64,000 nucleotides of DNA from Mobula birostris (taxonomy: Eukaryota): positions 198,320,005 to 198,384,004 of the forward strand of contig NC_092370.1 of assembly GCF_030028105.1 (NCBI RefSeq). Reading direction: 5' to 3'. Made by a program: the position numbers and the translations under genes. Below the pieces are notes generated by a model that searched no databases, was not told where the DNA came from, and saw only the letters and a list, made by a program, of their open reading frames with translations. Shown one piece after another: positions 38,030-51,164 of this stretch. Positions within the stretch are counted from its first letter, which is position 1. Each line of letters starts with the position of its first letter.

Positions 38030-40842
38030 TTGCTTGGGAGGGTTTCAACTAATTTGGCAGGGGAATGGGAACCTGAGTGATAGTGCTGAAGATGAGGTAG
38101 CTGGTTTACAAACAGAGGCAATGTGTAGTGAGGGGAGGCTGTTGACAGGGCAAAATTGCAGTCAACAAGGTGAGTTGTAATGTAAAAGGTGGACAAAATT
38201 GGAAAGGGTGAATACCTGCCTGAAGGTGTTATATTTGAATGCATGCAGTATATGGAATAAAGTAGATGAACTCGTAGCACAGTTACAAATTGGCAAGTAT
38301 GATGCTGTAGGCATCACTGAATCATGGTTGAAAAAAAGATTATAACTGGCAGCTTAATGTCCAAGGATACATACTCTATTGAAAGGACAGGCAGGAAGGC
38401 AGAGGAGGTGGCATTTTTCTGTTGGGGAAAGAATCAAATCAAATAATTAGAAAGAAGTGATCTAGGGCTGGAAAGTGTTGAATCATTGTGGATAGAGCTA
38501 AGGAACTGTAAGAGTAAAAAGACCCTGATTGGAGTTGTATACAAACCCCTAAACAATAGTAAGGATGTCATCCAGAAATTACAATGGAAGATAAACAACA
38601 CATGCCAAAAGTGCAATGTTTCTATAGTCATGGGGGATTTCAATATGCAGATAGATTGGGAAAATCAGGTTGGTGCTGGATTCCAAAAGGAGAAATTTCT
38701 TGAATGCCTTTGATATGGCCTCACGTGGTTGAGCCCACTAGGAGATCAGCTATTCTGGATTGAGTGTTGTGTAATGAACCAGAATTGATCAGGGAGCTTA
38801 AGGTAAAAGAACCTTTAGGGGAAATTGATCATAATATGATCAAATTCATCCTGAAATTTGAGAACGAGAAGCTAAAGTCAAGTGTATCAGTATTACAGTG
38901 GAATAGAATGAATTGCAGAGGCATAAGAGAGAAGTTGGCCAGAATTGATTGGAAAAGAACACTGGCATGGATGACCACAAAGCAGCAATAGTTGGAATTT
39001 CTGGAAGCAATTTGGAAAGCACAGGATATATACATCCCAAAGAGGAAGAAGTATTCTGAAGGCAAGATGACAGAACCGTGGCTAACAAGAGAAGTAAAAG
39101 CCAACATAAAGCCAAAGAGAGGGCATATAATCGAGCAAAAATTAGTTAGAAGTTAAAGGATTGGGATACTTTTAAAAACCAATAGAAGACAACTAAAAAG
39201 GTCATTAAGAAGGTAAAGATGGAATATGAAAGTAAGCTAGCCAATAATATTAAAGAAGATACCAAAAGTTTCTTCAGATACATGAAGTGTAAAAGAGAGG
39301 CGAGAGTGCATATTGGACTACTGTAAAACAATGCTGGAGAGGTAGCAATGGAATTGGAGGACAAACTGAATAAATACTTTGTACCAGTCTTCACTGTGGA
39401 AGACACTTAACAGTTTGGTGGAAGTTCCAGGTGTCAGGGGTCATGAGGTGTGTGAAGTTACCGTTACTAGGGAGAAGGTTCTTGGGAAACTGAAAGGTCT
39501 GAATGTAGATAAGTCACCTGGACCAGATGGAGTACACCCCAGGGTTCTAAAAGAGATGGCTGAAGAGATTGTGGTGGCATTAGTAATGATCTTTCAAGAA
39601 TCACTAGACTCTGGTGAGGTTCCAGAAGATTGGAAAATTGCAAATGTTACTCCACTCTTCAAGAAGGGAGAGAGGCAGAAGAAAGGGAACTATAGGCCAA
39701 TTAATCTGACCTCAGTGGTTGGGAAGATGTTGGAGTCGATTATTAAGGATGAGGTCTCAGGGTACTTGGAGGCACATGATGAAATAGGCTGTAGTTCCAT
39801 GGTTTCCTCAATGGAAAATCTTGCCTGACCAATCTGTTGGAATTCTTTGAAGAAGTAACAAGCAAGATAGACAAAGGAGAATTGGTTGATATTGTGTACT
39901 TGGATTTTCAGAAGGCCTTTGACAAGGTGTCACGCATGAGGTTGCTTAACAAGCTATGAGCCCATAGTATTACAGGAACGATTTTAGCGAGGATAAAGCA
40001 GTGCCTGAAGGGCAATGAAGTGGCAAATGGAATACAGTGTTGGGCAGTGTATGGTCATGCACTTTGGTAGAAGAAATTAAAGGGCTGACTATTTTCAAAA
40101 TGGAGAGAAAGTACAAAAAGCTGAGGCACTAAGGGAATTAGGAGTCTTTGTGCAGGATTCCTTGAAGGTTAATTTGCAGGTTGATTCTGTAGTGAGGAAG
40201 GCAAATGTGATGTTAGTATTCATTTCAAAAGGACTACAATACAAAAGCAGGGATTTAACATTGAGAATTTATAAAGCACTGGTGAGGCCTTACTTGGAGT
40301 ATTGTAAGCAGTTTTGGGCCCTTATCTTGGAAAGGATGTGCTGAAAATGGAGAGGGTTCAAAGGGGGTTCACGAAAATGATTCCAGGATTAAATAGCTTG
40401 TCGTATGAAGAGTGTTTGTGGCTCTGGTCCTGTATTCACTAGAATTCAGAACAATGAGGGGTGACCTAATTGAAACTATTGAATGGTGAAAGGCCTTGAT
40501 AGAGTGGATGTGGAGAGGATGTTTCCAAAGTTAGGAGAGTCTAAGACCAAATGACACAGCCTCAGAATAGAGAAGTGGCTTTACAGAATGGAAATGAGTC
40601 GGAATTTGTTTAGCCAGAGGGTGGTGAATTTGGAATTCTTTGCCACAGGTAGTTGTGAGGCCAAGTCTTATGTATATTTAAGGTAGAGGTTGATAGTTTC
40701 TAGGTTGGTCAGAGTATGAAGGGATACAGGGAGAAGGCAGGAGATTGAGGCGGAGGGAAAATTGGATCAGCCATAACAAAATGGCAGAGCAGCCTTGATG
40801 GGCTAAATGGCCTAATTCCGCTCCTATATCTTAAGGTCTTAT
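38030..40842 (+). mobile_element. CR1 LINE (ORF1 end, APE endonuclease, partial RT, 3' UTR), decayed
   Basis: VLYLNA, GITESW, MGDFN, KSPGPDG, YLDFQKAFDKV, and tail GGCCTAATTCCGCTCCTATATCTTA. Confidence 0.92.
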
Positions 40843-42040
40843 AGTTCAAAGTAAATTTATTATCAATGTACATGTATGTCACCATATGCTGCTGTGAGAT
40901 TAATTTTCTTGTAGGCATGCACAGTAAATAGAAAGAAACACAATAGAACCAATGAAAGACATCACAGAAGACAGACAAATAACCATTGTGCAGAAGATAA
41001 CAAATTGTGCAATACAAAAAAACAACAAAAATAATAATGATAAATAAATAAGCATCAAATATCAAGAGCGTGAGATGAAGAACTGTTGAAAACAAGTTCA
41101 TAGGTTGTAGAATCAGTTCAATCCTCAACGTTGGAGAAAGTAAAGTTAACTCCTTTGGTTCAAGGCCTTGTGGTTGAGGGGTGATATCTGTACCTGAACC
41201 TGCTGATATGGGTTCCGAGGCTCCTGTATCCCCTTACTGATGGCAGCAATGAGAGTAGAGCATGGCCTGGATGGTGGGGATCCTTGATAATGGATGCTGC
41301 TTTCATGAGACAGCACTCCTTGTAGATGTGCTCAGTGATAGGGAGGTCTTTACCTGTGATGGGCTGGGCTGTATTCATTACCTTTTGTAGGATTTTCCAT
41401 TTAAGGATACTGGTGTTTCCATACCAGGCATTGATGCAACCTGTGAATATACTCTCTACCATGCATTGATAGAAGTTTGTAAAAGTTTTAGGTGATGTGC
41501 CGAACTTCCGCAAACTTCTAAGAAAGCAGGGTGCTGCTATGGTTTCTTTGTAATGGCACTTATGTGCTGGATCCAGGACCGATCCTCTGAAATAATAATA
41601 CCGAGGAATTTAAAATTGCTGATCTTCTCTACCTCTGATACTCAGCTGAGGACTGGCTCATGGACCTCCAGTTACATCCTCCTGTAGTCAATAATCAGCT
41701 GTTTGGTTTTGCTGACACTGAATGAGAAGACGTTGTTGTGGCACCTTTCAGCCAGACTTCTAATCTCCTTCCTACAGTATATGCTAATTCGTCACCACCT
41801 TTGATTCGGCCAAAGGTGTAGTCATCAAACTTAAATATGGCATTGGATCTGTGCATAGTCTCACATTCATAAGTATAAAGCAAGTAATGCAGGGGGCTAA
41901 GCACACAGCCTTGTGGTGTACCTGTGCTGATGGTGATTGTGGAGGAGATGTTGCCAACCTGAACTGGCTGGAGTCTGTATGTGACAAATTTGAGGATCCA
42001 GTTGTACTAGGAAGTACTGAGGCCTTGGTTTTGGAGTTTA
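40843..42040 (-). mobile_element. Rex1/Babar LINE, 5'-truncated
   Basis: [47 protein letters not shown], and AATAAA..TTTGAA tail. Confidence 0.88.
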
Positions 42041-42150
42041 TTGATCTCATACATTTGGGTTTCATCCAAATTCTGTGTATGAGAAAAAACATCCCTTCTA
42101 TCTTCCCCAGGCCCAGGAATTTCAGAAATTTATAGGGGCCTTATAGACAT

Positions 42151-42660
42151 GCATTCAGTTGTCACTTTATTAGGTACACCTTTTACTACATGCAACTATC
42201 AAATCAGCCAATCATATGGCAGCAACTCAATGCAAAAAAAAAAGCATGCAGACATGGTCAAGAGGTTCAATTGTTGTTTAGACCAAACATCAGAATGGGC
42301 AACAAATATGAACTGAGTGACTTTGACCATGGGATGATTGTTGCTGGCAGATGGGGTGATATGTGTATCTCAGAAACTGCTCATCTGGGATTTTCATGTA
42401 CAACAGTCTTTAGGGTTTACAGAGAATGGTGTGAACATTCAGTGAGTGGCAGTTCTGTGGGTGAAAATATCTTGTTAATGAGAGAGGTCAAAGGAGAATG
42501 GCCTCCTCTGATTTGTTGAAGCTGACAGGAAGGCAACAGTAACTCAAGTAACCATGTGCTACAAGATTGGTGTGCAGAAGAGCATCTGCGAAGGCACAAC
42601 ATGTCAAACCTTGAAGCGGATGGCCTACAACAGTAGAAGACTATAAATATATACTGAATT
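42151..42660 (+). mobile_element. Tc1-derived non-autonomous element
   Basis: TIR-like CACTTTATTAGGTACACC and N-terminal HTH LSDFDHGMIV...ISETA.LGFS.TTV.RVYREW. Confidence 0.8.
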
Positions 42661-43087
42661 GTGGTTGTCCATTTGCCCGACGATGACAGCAGATCTGTTT
42701 GGGAAAGTTTTAAAAGTGGACCTCTTTCGACCTCAGAAGTCTGGCTGTAGAGGTACAAACAGCGTTACAAACTGGGATCTTCCTTGGTTGCAGTGGATGA
42801 CCATGACATCTTCTGTGCCTTGTCATGCCTTTTGCTTTCCACAGAGCATTGCAGTACTGCCTTCCTGGCAGTTGGATGTCACCGTAGATCACCGGAGATG
42901 ACTTTGTATGCTAGGACATGTGTGTCCCTATCTCGCCAGGGTATAAGGCCCCTAGCTACCCTCATCTGGTTTAGCCCATTTGTAAAAGCAGTGCACCAAG
43001 ATATGGCTTTTGTCACATGTAAACAGCTACTTGGAGTAACAGGTGAGAGATGAGTGTCCAAGGTGCTACCCCTTCCTGGACACCCTG
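42661..43087 (-). mobile_element. Non-autonomous retroelement, probably RTE-derived (copy A)
   Basis: Colinear homology with 45702-46130. No ORF; ends ACAACCAC. Confidence 0.65.
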
Positions 43088-43204
43088 TACACACCTACTC
43101 AGTGTACTTGTTCATTAGTTTGCATCATCCATCAAGCTGAAGAACAACTTCTGGTTTCATCATCTGTGGTAGATATGGGTTGGATATGTGATCAAGATAC
43201 AATG

Positions 43205-43483
43205 TAATTGGTAAATTGGTTTAATGTCACATGTACCAAGGTGCCGTGAAAATCTTGTTTTGCATACTGTTTATACAGATCAATTCATTACAACAGTATG
43301 TTGAGATTGTTCAAGGTAAAACAATACAGAATGCAGAATAAAGAGTTAGATTTACAGAGAAAATGCAGTATAGATAGACAATCACAATAAGGTCATGCAA
43401 CAGACAAAATGCTGGAGGAACTAAGCAGGCCAGGCAGCATCTATGGAAAAGAGTACAATTGGTGTTTTGGGCCGAGACCCTTA
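43205..43483 (-). mobile_element. Rex1-type tail (43205-43400) plus Penelope-like terminal fragment (43400-43483)
   Basis: Homology to 30345-30500 and to 24851-24981 respectively. Confidence 0.6.
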
Positions 43484-45238
43484 AAGTCATAATAATGTAG
43501 GTTATATCTAGAGTCCATCTTAATGTAGCTTTGTAACGGACTTTAGTAGAAACTTCAAGTGGGTTCACTTTTCTATTACTGATAATACTTGATTATTGTG
43601 GTAAATAGAAAGCAATTTACTAAAGGTGAAATGCTGGAAATACTTTACTTAAAATGTGAAAAGAATGTCTGTAAAACTCTCTTTGTGTTAGCCAGTGGGT
43701 TCAGTGAGTACTTAGCAGTATCACAAAGGAATTCTTTCTAAAAAATACAATAAAAACTAGCATCATTAAGTTAGAAAATAATTTATAAATATGATGAACT
43801 AATTGGTTTGAAGAAAATTTAAGAATAATTGGTGAGAGGGATAATGGATCTTAGATTTAAATGAGTAGATTGTTTTCTGAAATGGCCTGACAGGTAGCAC
43901 TAGCTCAAGGGCAATATAAGATGAGAAATTGCTCACCTTGCCGGTCAATACATTAGCTGAAAGTATAAAATAAACAGTAATTTCTTATTTCATCAAAGAA
44001 TTGTATTTTGTTTTACTATTATTTATGATGTATTGTTTTAATAATAGATGAACTAGTTAAATTTGTTTATTACTCAGCATGTATAGTTTCTTTAGAGTTA
44101 CTGTAAATTGATTCTTTTACAAACAAGATTCCACTGCACGTCATATGTGAAATAATTACTCAATCCACTTGTATATCATACACTGCCACTGGCTTTCTCC
44201 ATGTCTGAAACACTCATTAAAAAGTGGGGCAGTGACTGAAGAATAAATGAGCAGACTATAACATGTCATAGTGAGAATTTCAGTGAACTTATGATATTCC
44301 TAATGGAATCAATACAGTTCTTATTAAGTATGGAACAAAATCCCGGCATGTGCCTATAGGGCACAGCAGCATTTCATTTGTCTTTCAAAATACACCGCCA
44401 ATTTACTTTCTGTGTGGTTTGGAATCTTGCCTACCGATGATGTTCATTAAAAACATCATAAGGCTGCCCAAGGTGTCTACTTTGCACCAATGGCAGTATC
44501 AGAGAAATTCATCTCATTAATGTATATTCAGGTATCTACAATGGTTTTAATTGTTATTGCAGCTGAAAAGCCAGGATGTTACTTAAAATTCACCTCTCAC
44601 CGCCCAAAATCTTGGGATGAGAACGTGGGTGGTTGTCTGTGGTTAGTGTTAGGTTTATGAGTCAGGGGTTTACCAAGTCAAATAGACATAAATTTCACTT
44701 TATTTGTTGTTGATCAAGAAGCAGTAATGATAGATGCTCTTCCAAACCCGACAACATAAGCTGTTAGCTGCATTTCTTCTTTTCTTTCCCAAAATCCCTC
44801 ACCCTTGATTTTCTGCTTGCCAATTAGTGTTAGATGATATGCTCTGTCTCCTGAACTTCCTTTCCCTTCTCACAGCCTCAAAGGCAATGGAGACAATGGC
44901 TTGAATTGTGCCGAGCGATAGCTGGTGGTTCTAAATGGAATAATCTTCTATCAGTTGTTAAGATCGCAGCACATCTCAGAACTCTCTGCTTTTGTGGAAG
45001 TCCAAATCGAACTAAAGGACAGGTTCTCACTCACCCGTTTGCCTGTGATGCCTCAAATCATTACTAAATTCAACATTGGAGCTACAGGTGTTAAAGAGAG
45101 TGCTCAGATCCAATTCACATCCATTCTGATTCCGTCATTATTTCAATCTATCTATTTTTGAATATTTGTATCAAAGTATAATTAGTGGGTGCATGGCACT
45201 GCTTGGTGAGGTGCATCCTTCTATGTCCTAAGGAAATA

Positions 45239-46297
45239 CAGTGGATTCTGGTTAATTGCGTTATTGGTGGATCAGTGGAGCTGTTTATTTGGGATAACTC
45301 TTAAAAGATCACAAACAAATTGAGAAAATAGTTGTAATTCCCCTTGTTTATTTGGGACACTATGCCACTTGTTTGGGGCAGGAGACTATTGCCGAACAGT
45401 TTCTAACTAGCATCTGTCATGTGCACTTGCGTGGCCATTAGACATGGCACCGTGTTTCATGGCAAACAGTTTTTAAATAGCATCAGTTGTGTGTGTTTGT
45501 GTTCAAAAAGCAGAGATTTTTGTCACTGATAGTTGGCGAGAAACAATGAAACAATTCAGAACCGTTTTACTCACAGTAGTATCAAGCATTCAAGCTTGGA
45601 GATGCTAAAACAGCCATGACTGAAAATGAAACAATTTCACTATGTCAACAAGAAATTATTCTGCAAAGAATTTGAACGTACTGAAAATGATCTTGATGTT
45701 ACCTTTGCTCCCCACTGGACACTCAGCTGTCATCTGTGGCTCCAGGTAGCTGTATGTGACAGCAGCCACACCCCGGTGCATTGCTCTGACAGGCGAGCTA
45801 AACCAGGTGAGGGTAGCTGATGGGACTCATACCCTGGTGAGATAAGGACATACCCGTCCTAGCAAGCAAAGTCAGCTCCGGGGCTAACTGGGCGGATGAA
45901 ATCTACAGTGAAGTCCAACAAGAGGCAGTCGAACAAACACTCCATGAAGAGTGAAGGGCTTGTTAAGGCACTAAAAAACAGCAACCAAGAAAGACCCCAG
46001 TTGTGACAACTACTTGTACCACTAGACTCGGACTTCTAAGATCGAGGGAGTGTAACTACCCCAGTCCAATGGCTTTTTCACTTAAAAATACTCTCCCACA
46101 CAGGTTTCAGGTACATTGAACAACCACCAGTAGTATTGGTAGTGTTCTAATTTGTTTCGTATTTCATTTAAATACATAGTTTGTTACTCACTTAAATCGT
46201 ATAGTGCCTGTTTTTAAAAGCCTTTTTAACTATTTTCATGAAACTTCCACTAATTGGGCCAAAATATACTGGTCTAGCTGAGTCCCAGAATCCACTG
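45239..46297. mobile_element. Non-autonomous Tigger/pogo-like DNA transposon with nested insertion
   Basis: TA|CAGTGGATTCTGG ... CCAGAATCCACTG|TA. Homologous to 28374-29102. Confidence 0.85.
45702..46130 (+). mobile_element. Non-autonomous retroelement, probably RTE-derived (copy B)
   Basis: Homologous to 42661-43087 and absent from the sister Tigger-like copy at 28374. Confidence 0.65.
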
Positions 46298-46764
46298 TAT
46301 AGAAAAATGATTTCCATCTGGATGTAAAGAAAAATTGGAGATTTCTTTTGGATTTGATCTTGGAAATATCCCAGAAGCACCCCTCCCTCATTTTCCCTCT
46401 CCCTCCAGATGAGCTGATCTTCTGCACCCAACAGCAATCAAAGGGAAGGTGGGCTCCAAGAAGCAAGTAGGTTCTGGGCACTGTGGTGCCTCACCTCCTA
46501 ACATGTTGATTGCCTTTGACAGGTTTAAGTGTTTTGCTTGCCAAATAGCGCCTTTTGATGGCCTCTGCCTACCTGAACTTCCTTTCCCATCTCACAGCCT
46601 TAAAGGCAAGGGAGACGATCACTAAACATCATGTGGTAATGACTGGGTGGAGCAACACTGAGATTACGAAGCTGGGGTGTTGATAACTCGTCTATTTATG
46701 GGATGATTATGATAGGAAAGGGGCAGGGTTTATGCCTTGAGCTCAATGGTCTATTGTGCATCAT

Positions 46765-47080
46765 GTACACCCAAAACTATAAAAGTTTTTTCTTTTCTAT
46801 TGATCTCAAACTTCCACTCATTATTCCCCATAACATATTTGCACCTCTTTATCATTAAATCTCCCCAGTTTCTAGCACTCACACTCAGGCAATTTACAGT
46901 GGCAATTAAACCTCCCAGCTCTCTTGAATTTGGCATATGGGAAGAAACTGGAGCAGCCAGAGGAAATCCTCTGCATGTGGTTATAGGGAGAATGTGGATA
47001 TTCCATGCAGACAACTGGTTGTCAGGATTGAACCCTGGAGCTGTCTGACTGCAGCACTACTAACTGTAATACTCTGCCAC
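46765..47080 (-). mobile_element. tRNA-derived SINE (V-SINE-like), decayed
   Basis: B-box-like GGGTTCAATCC and V core GCTGCTCCAGTTTCTTCCCA. Confidence 0.65.
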
Positions 47081-50000
47081 TTGAAAAAAACATCGGTCTG
47101 AATAATCATTATTTGTTTCTATAGAAATTACAGGATGGAAAAGCATGCAAAGAAGTAATCAAATATTCTGATCAGGTTTGCTCTGCAGCTAGAAGCACCC
47201 ATTAGTTTGGAGTTGATCATGTTAAGGATATTGCCACAGGCACAATAACAAAGTGGCATTCTGGAGCCAAGTAACATAAGCTTATATTTTTGAACCCACT
47301 GTCCTAAGGGCAAAAGTTTTAATTGCACAGTGTTTGCTTCCATTTGTAGTTGTTCAACTGGCAGATCTAACAAACAGTCCACAAAGGAACCAATTCCATC
47401 TAAATTAAACATCTAAGCCTTGCAGGAACATTCCACTGTTGCCCTCATATGTCCTCTGTTATCAACATCTCTGGGATCATCATTGATTCGTAATGCAACT
47501 GAGCTAATTGTGTCAACTGTAAGAGCTCAGATATTGGCTATTCTGCACTGAGTAGCTCACCTGTTGATTCTCTAAAACCTCTCCCTCATATAAATAATAC
47601 AGTTGGGAGTGTGATAGATACTTGCACAGCTTGAAAACCATAACTGTAAACATATCAAACATAGTTAAATAAAATTGATTTGACATGGCTCTGCTGAGCT
47701 TTCCTACTTTCGAAGGCACATTTAAATATTATTATACATTTAATATTTCAATTGTACTTCAACAGTAAGCATCAAACTGCAGTTTGTAGGTTATTGTTGA
47801 TGTGACGGGAATTCTTAGCTTCAAACAACGAATTCTATCTCATCTCGTGATTTGTAATTGCATGTTTGTGGTTAATTCCTAACCTTTTTATAATGATTTT
47901 ACAGCATATTTGAAATAAATTTTATGTAAAAGAGGCATAAATAATCAAACAGAAGCTGTGATCAGACAGACATCAGTGTGCGATTACTGGTTACAAATGT
48001 GAAAAGGGCACAGGTGCTGGACTCCACAGGGGGTTGGCAAGTACAGCTTCAGTTTAAAGTTAACATTGCTTAGTGTAGAGATTGGAACACACACTGTGTT
48101 TGTTATAGAGTGTAGGAGGCCCTGGGAATCACAGCACAACAATCTTGGACAGACTTCAGAAGGAGCAAGTTGGTTGAATACAGCTTATGGATGTTCTGTT
48201 TTTTTTTTAACCACAGTTGGTTTTGACCTTTTGAATGGTGATAGGTGATTACGTGTTATGAAAGGTTTCACATTAATTCTTTGCTTGAATTATTTGGCTT
48301 GAATTACGTAGTGATTTCTGTGGTTTCTTTCAGATATGTTTTATGACATATATGGATTGTATACAGTTTAGCTGCTTGGATAGAGAAGATTCCAAATACC
48401 TAACGATAATGAACTAAAATTTGTTAAGAATGCTGAATCACTAAATCATTTAAAAGGGGCTCTTGCTGGGTACATAATAGCATTGTTTTCAGTAAATCTA
48501 GAATACTGTAGATTGTGGATTCTGAAATCATAACTATCAATTAATGAAACTTAAATTTAAATAAAGCATCTGAAAGAACTGATCAAAGATCATAGATTCA
48601 CATTATTATTTTTTGTTTCCTACATCACAGGTGTTACATAGTCTGTATGCAAATAATAATAAATATTGGAATTACTCACAGTGTGTTTCCATGAAACTTC
48701 TCATCTAAAAAATATTTGCGGGGTAATTTTAAGCCTTTTGTAGTATCATGAAATGTATGGTAACAAATTGCTTGCCTGTCTTGGTCTCTGGCAACATTTC
48801 TTCCTGTTGAACTTTGGTGAATATAAAATCGTCCAGAATGCTTAACATGTGATCTATTCATTCACTTTACCCCCTTTCTGCTCCTATTGAAAATTGAAGT
48901 TTGTCCCATGGTATTAGTATTTATAAAGTGGAAATGCATTTGGATAGATGTGTATAAGGAAGGGACATGTTGGCAATCTTAATGACACATCACATTTATC
49001 AATACTAATTTTATTTCCTTTTAATTTCATTTCTTTTGCCAATGCAAGCATGAACTATTGTGATGTCGATGTTTCCAGCTCCTATTCAGATAATAAATGA
49101 ATAGGTTTCTTTTTGTTTTGATGCAGAACACTTTGACATCTGAAAAGTTATGTTTAAGTGCATTAAGGATAAATAGTGATTGAAAAATTGGGTCAAATTG
49201 AACTGGATTTCTCTTGTCATCCTTGTCCCTGTCCACTCTCATTTGGTCAGGACACAGAAGTCTGATGAAACTGACAGTCTGCACCCAGAAGTCAGACAGC
49301 AAGGAATAGCAAGGCCTCAATGGCAGGTGTGTTCCAAGTATTGAACTGCAACAGACCCAGCAGCATTAACAGCATTAACAGGAAGCAAAGAAACAGAGCT
49401 TTGTCTCCTGTCAAATCAGGGATTTTAATTCTGAAATTTATGATGATGGTTGATGAATTATTAAGAAAATTAAACTCTAGTAAATAGGTTGGATGGTAAG
49501 TTACTCTATGGGGTCTCTGATACTAAATGATAGGTCTAACTTAGATGTCATAGACGTGTCCTAGGATAAGAACACCACTCCTTAGTATAAAGCTCAGCTC
49601 TGTTGTTGAATGTCCTGTAGACTTGTGGCTAGTCCACATTGATCCAGGATTTAATCAGCTCATAGTAGCTGAATGACAGAGATTTCCTTCAGAACTGCTG
49701 GATGTAGTAAGAACAATTTTGCCCCATATTTCACAAATTGTATAAAATTTTATAGCATAGAGAATGTCTATTCTCATTAGCTTCATTTTCAGTAACCTGA
49801 TACCTTTATGTCATCTTTTCAACATTTCCTTTTCTTTCTTTCTCCCTTATAGGGGTCCCATTTTAATGCATTAAAGCTATTGTCTCAACCATCCATGCAC
49901 CAGTGACTTCAACAATTTTCCCATACATAAAAAAACATTGATTTGTATATATAGGTATTTATTTAATGTACTGTGTTGACCAGGCATAGAAACATGGTTT

Positions 50001-50164
50001 TGAACTGAAAGTTGAATTCCTGTACCCATGTTATGTGGACACACTGATGAGACTTGGCCCAGTTCTGAATCTTTAAGTGGCTTCTTCATCTATGCTCAAA
50101 GACTACGTACTTGATAGCATGGCAAACATGAGCTATTCCTGCAATAGCACTTGAGACCAGAGCT

Positions 50165-50459
50165 ACAAATGTTTAAACTCATTTTGTAAAATGGCTGAAA
50201 CAACAGAGCCAGTGTTCAATTCCATTTTAATTAATTTGCTGTTCACTTCTAGTGTATGCCACATTGCTTGTCTCCTGTCAATTTTCACATTGTAAATCTC
50301 AAGTTTACTCAGTCCTGTGTCACTCTCATCACAATCAAACTTTTCATCAACAGTATGCAGATTAGTGCTCTTTTTCAAATTGCAACTTGAATTTTTATCA
50401 TTTTCTCTCCCTTGTGCTGTCCGTTTATTTTTGTCCGTCCTACATGCTCTTTGTATGTA
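50165..50459 (-). mobile_element. Mag-type Gypsy gag/protease fragment
   Basis: YIQRAC...[24 protein letters not shown], resembling IWITPQVAGVRLKMELDTGS of the element at 4944. Confidence 0.8.
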
Positions 50460-51098
50460 TCCTACACCATACCCTACGCCGTAGCCAGACGCGCACCTCC
50501 CCAAAAATGTAACTACGCGTCGCAGCGTGGTCCACTTGGTGGCATCGCATTTCCTCCTACGCTGCAGTAGCTTCCCTTGGGCGACTGAAGGGCAGGGAGG
50601 GAGCTCTGGCTGCAATACTTCCCATAAAGCTTTACAGAACTCCGAAATTATGGAGGACCCTGTGCTTGGTGCCAGTTTGTAGCTAGCTGCTACAGCCTGT
50701 TGACTTCCACCTGAAGCTAAAACTCGAGTGGTGACTGCCAGTCTCTGAGTATACTGTGCATACACTGATGAGAAATAAATGGTTGGAGACGATGAACCAA
50801 ATCGTCAAATCTACCTGCGGACATCCAAAAATATTTGAAATGCATTTCCTCGTCCATGTCTCTCAGTGGCCGGACAAGCACAGAAAATTCACCCTCCTTC
50901 AGTTTCAGTCGCCATTGTTTGAAGTTTGAGTTTCTTCGTGTTGAGCTTCAACACGAAGAAACTCAATACAGTGGCATAGAAACCCCACCACCAACTAGCG
51001 TTTTGGCGGCGAATTGCAGAGTGACGCAGAAACACCAATGCACAACTATAAATGCTCACAACGGCGTAGGCTACTACACAGAAGTATACATCAGCCTT
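50460..51098 (-). mobile_element. PIF/Harbinger-derived element with transposase N-terminal fragment
   Basis: [45 protein letters not shown] (HARBI1-like). Inverted subterminal CCTACGCCGT / ACGGCGTAGG. Confidence 0.75.
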
Positions 51099-51164
51099 TG
51101 CTCTTGGGCAAGCTATTCCAGTACAACTACAATTCTGGCATCTCCCCAACAATACAGAAAACTG

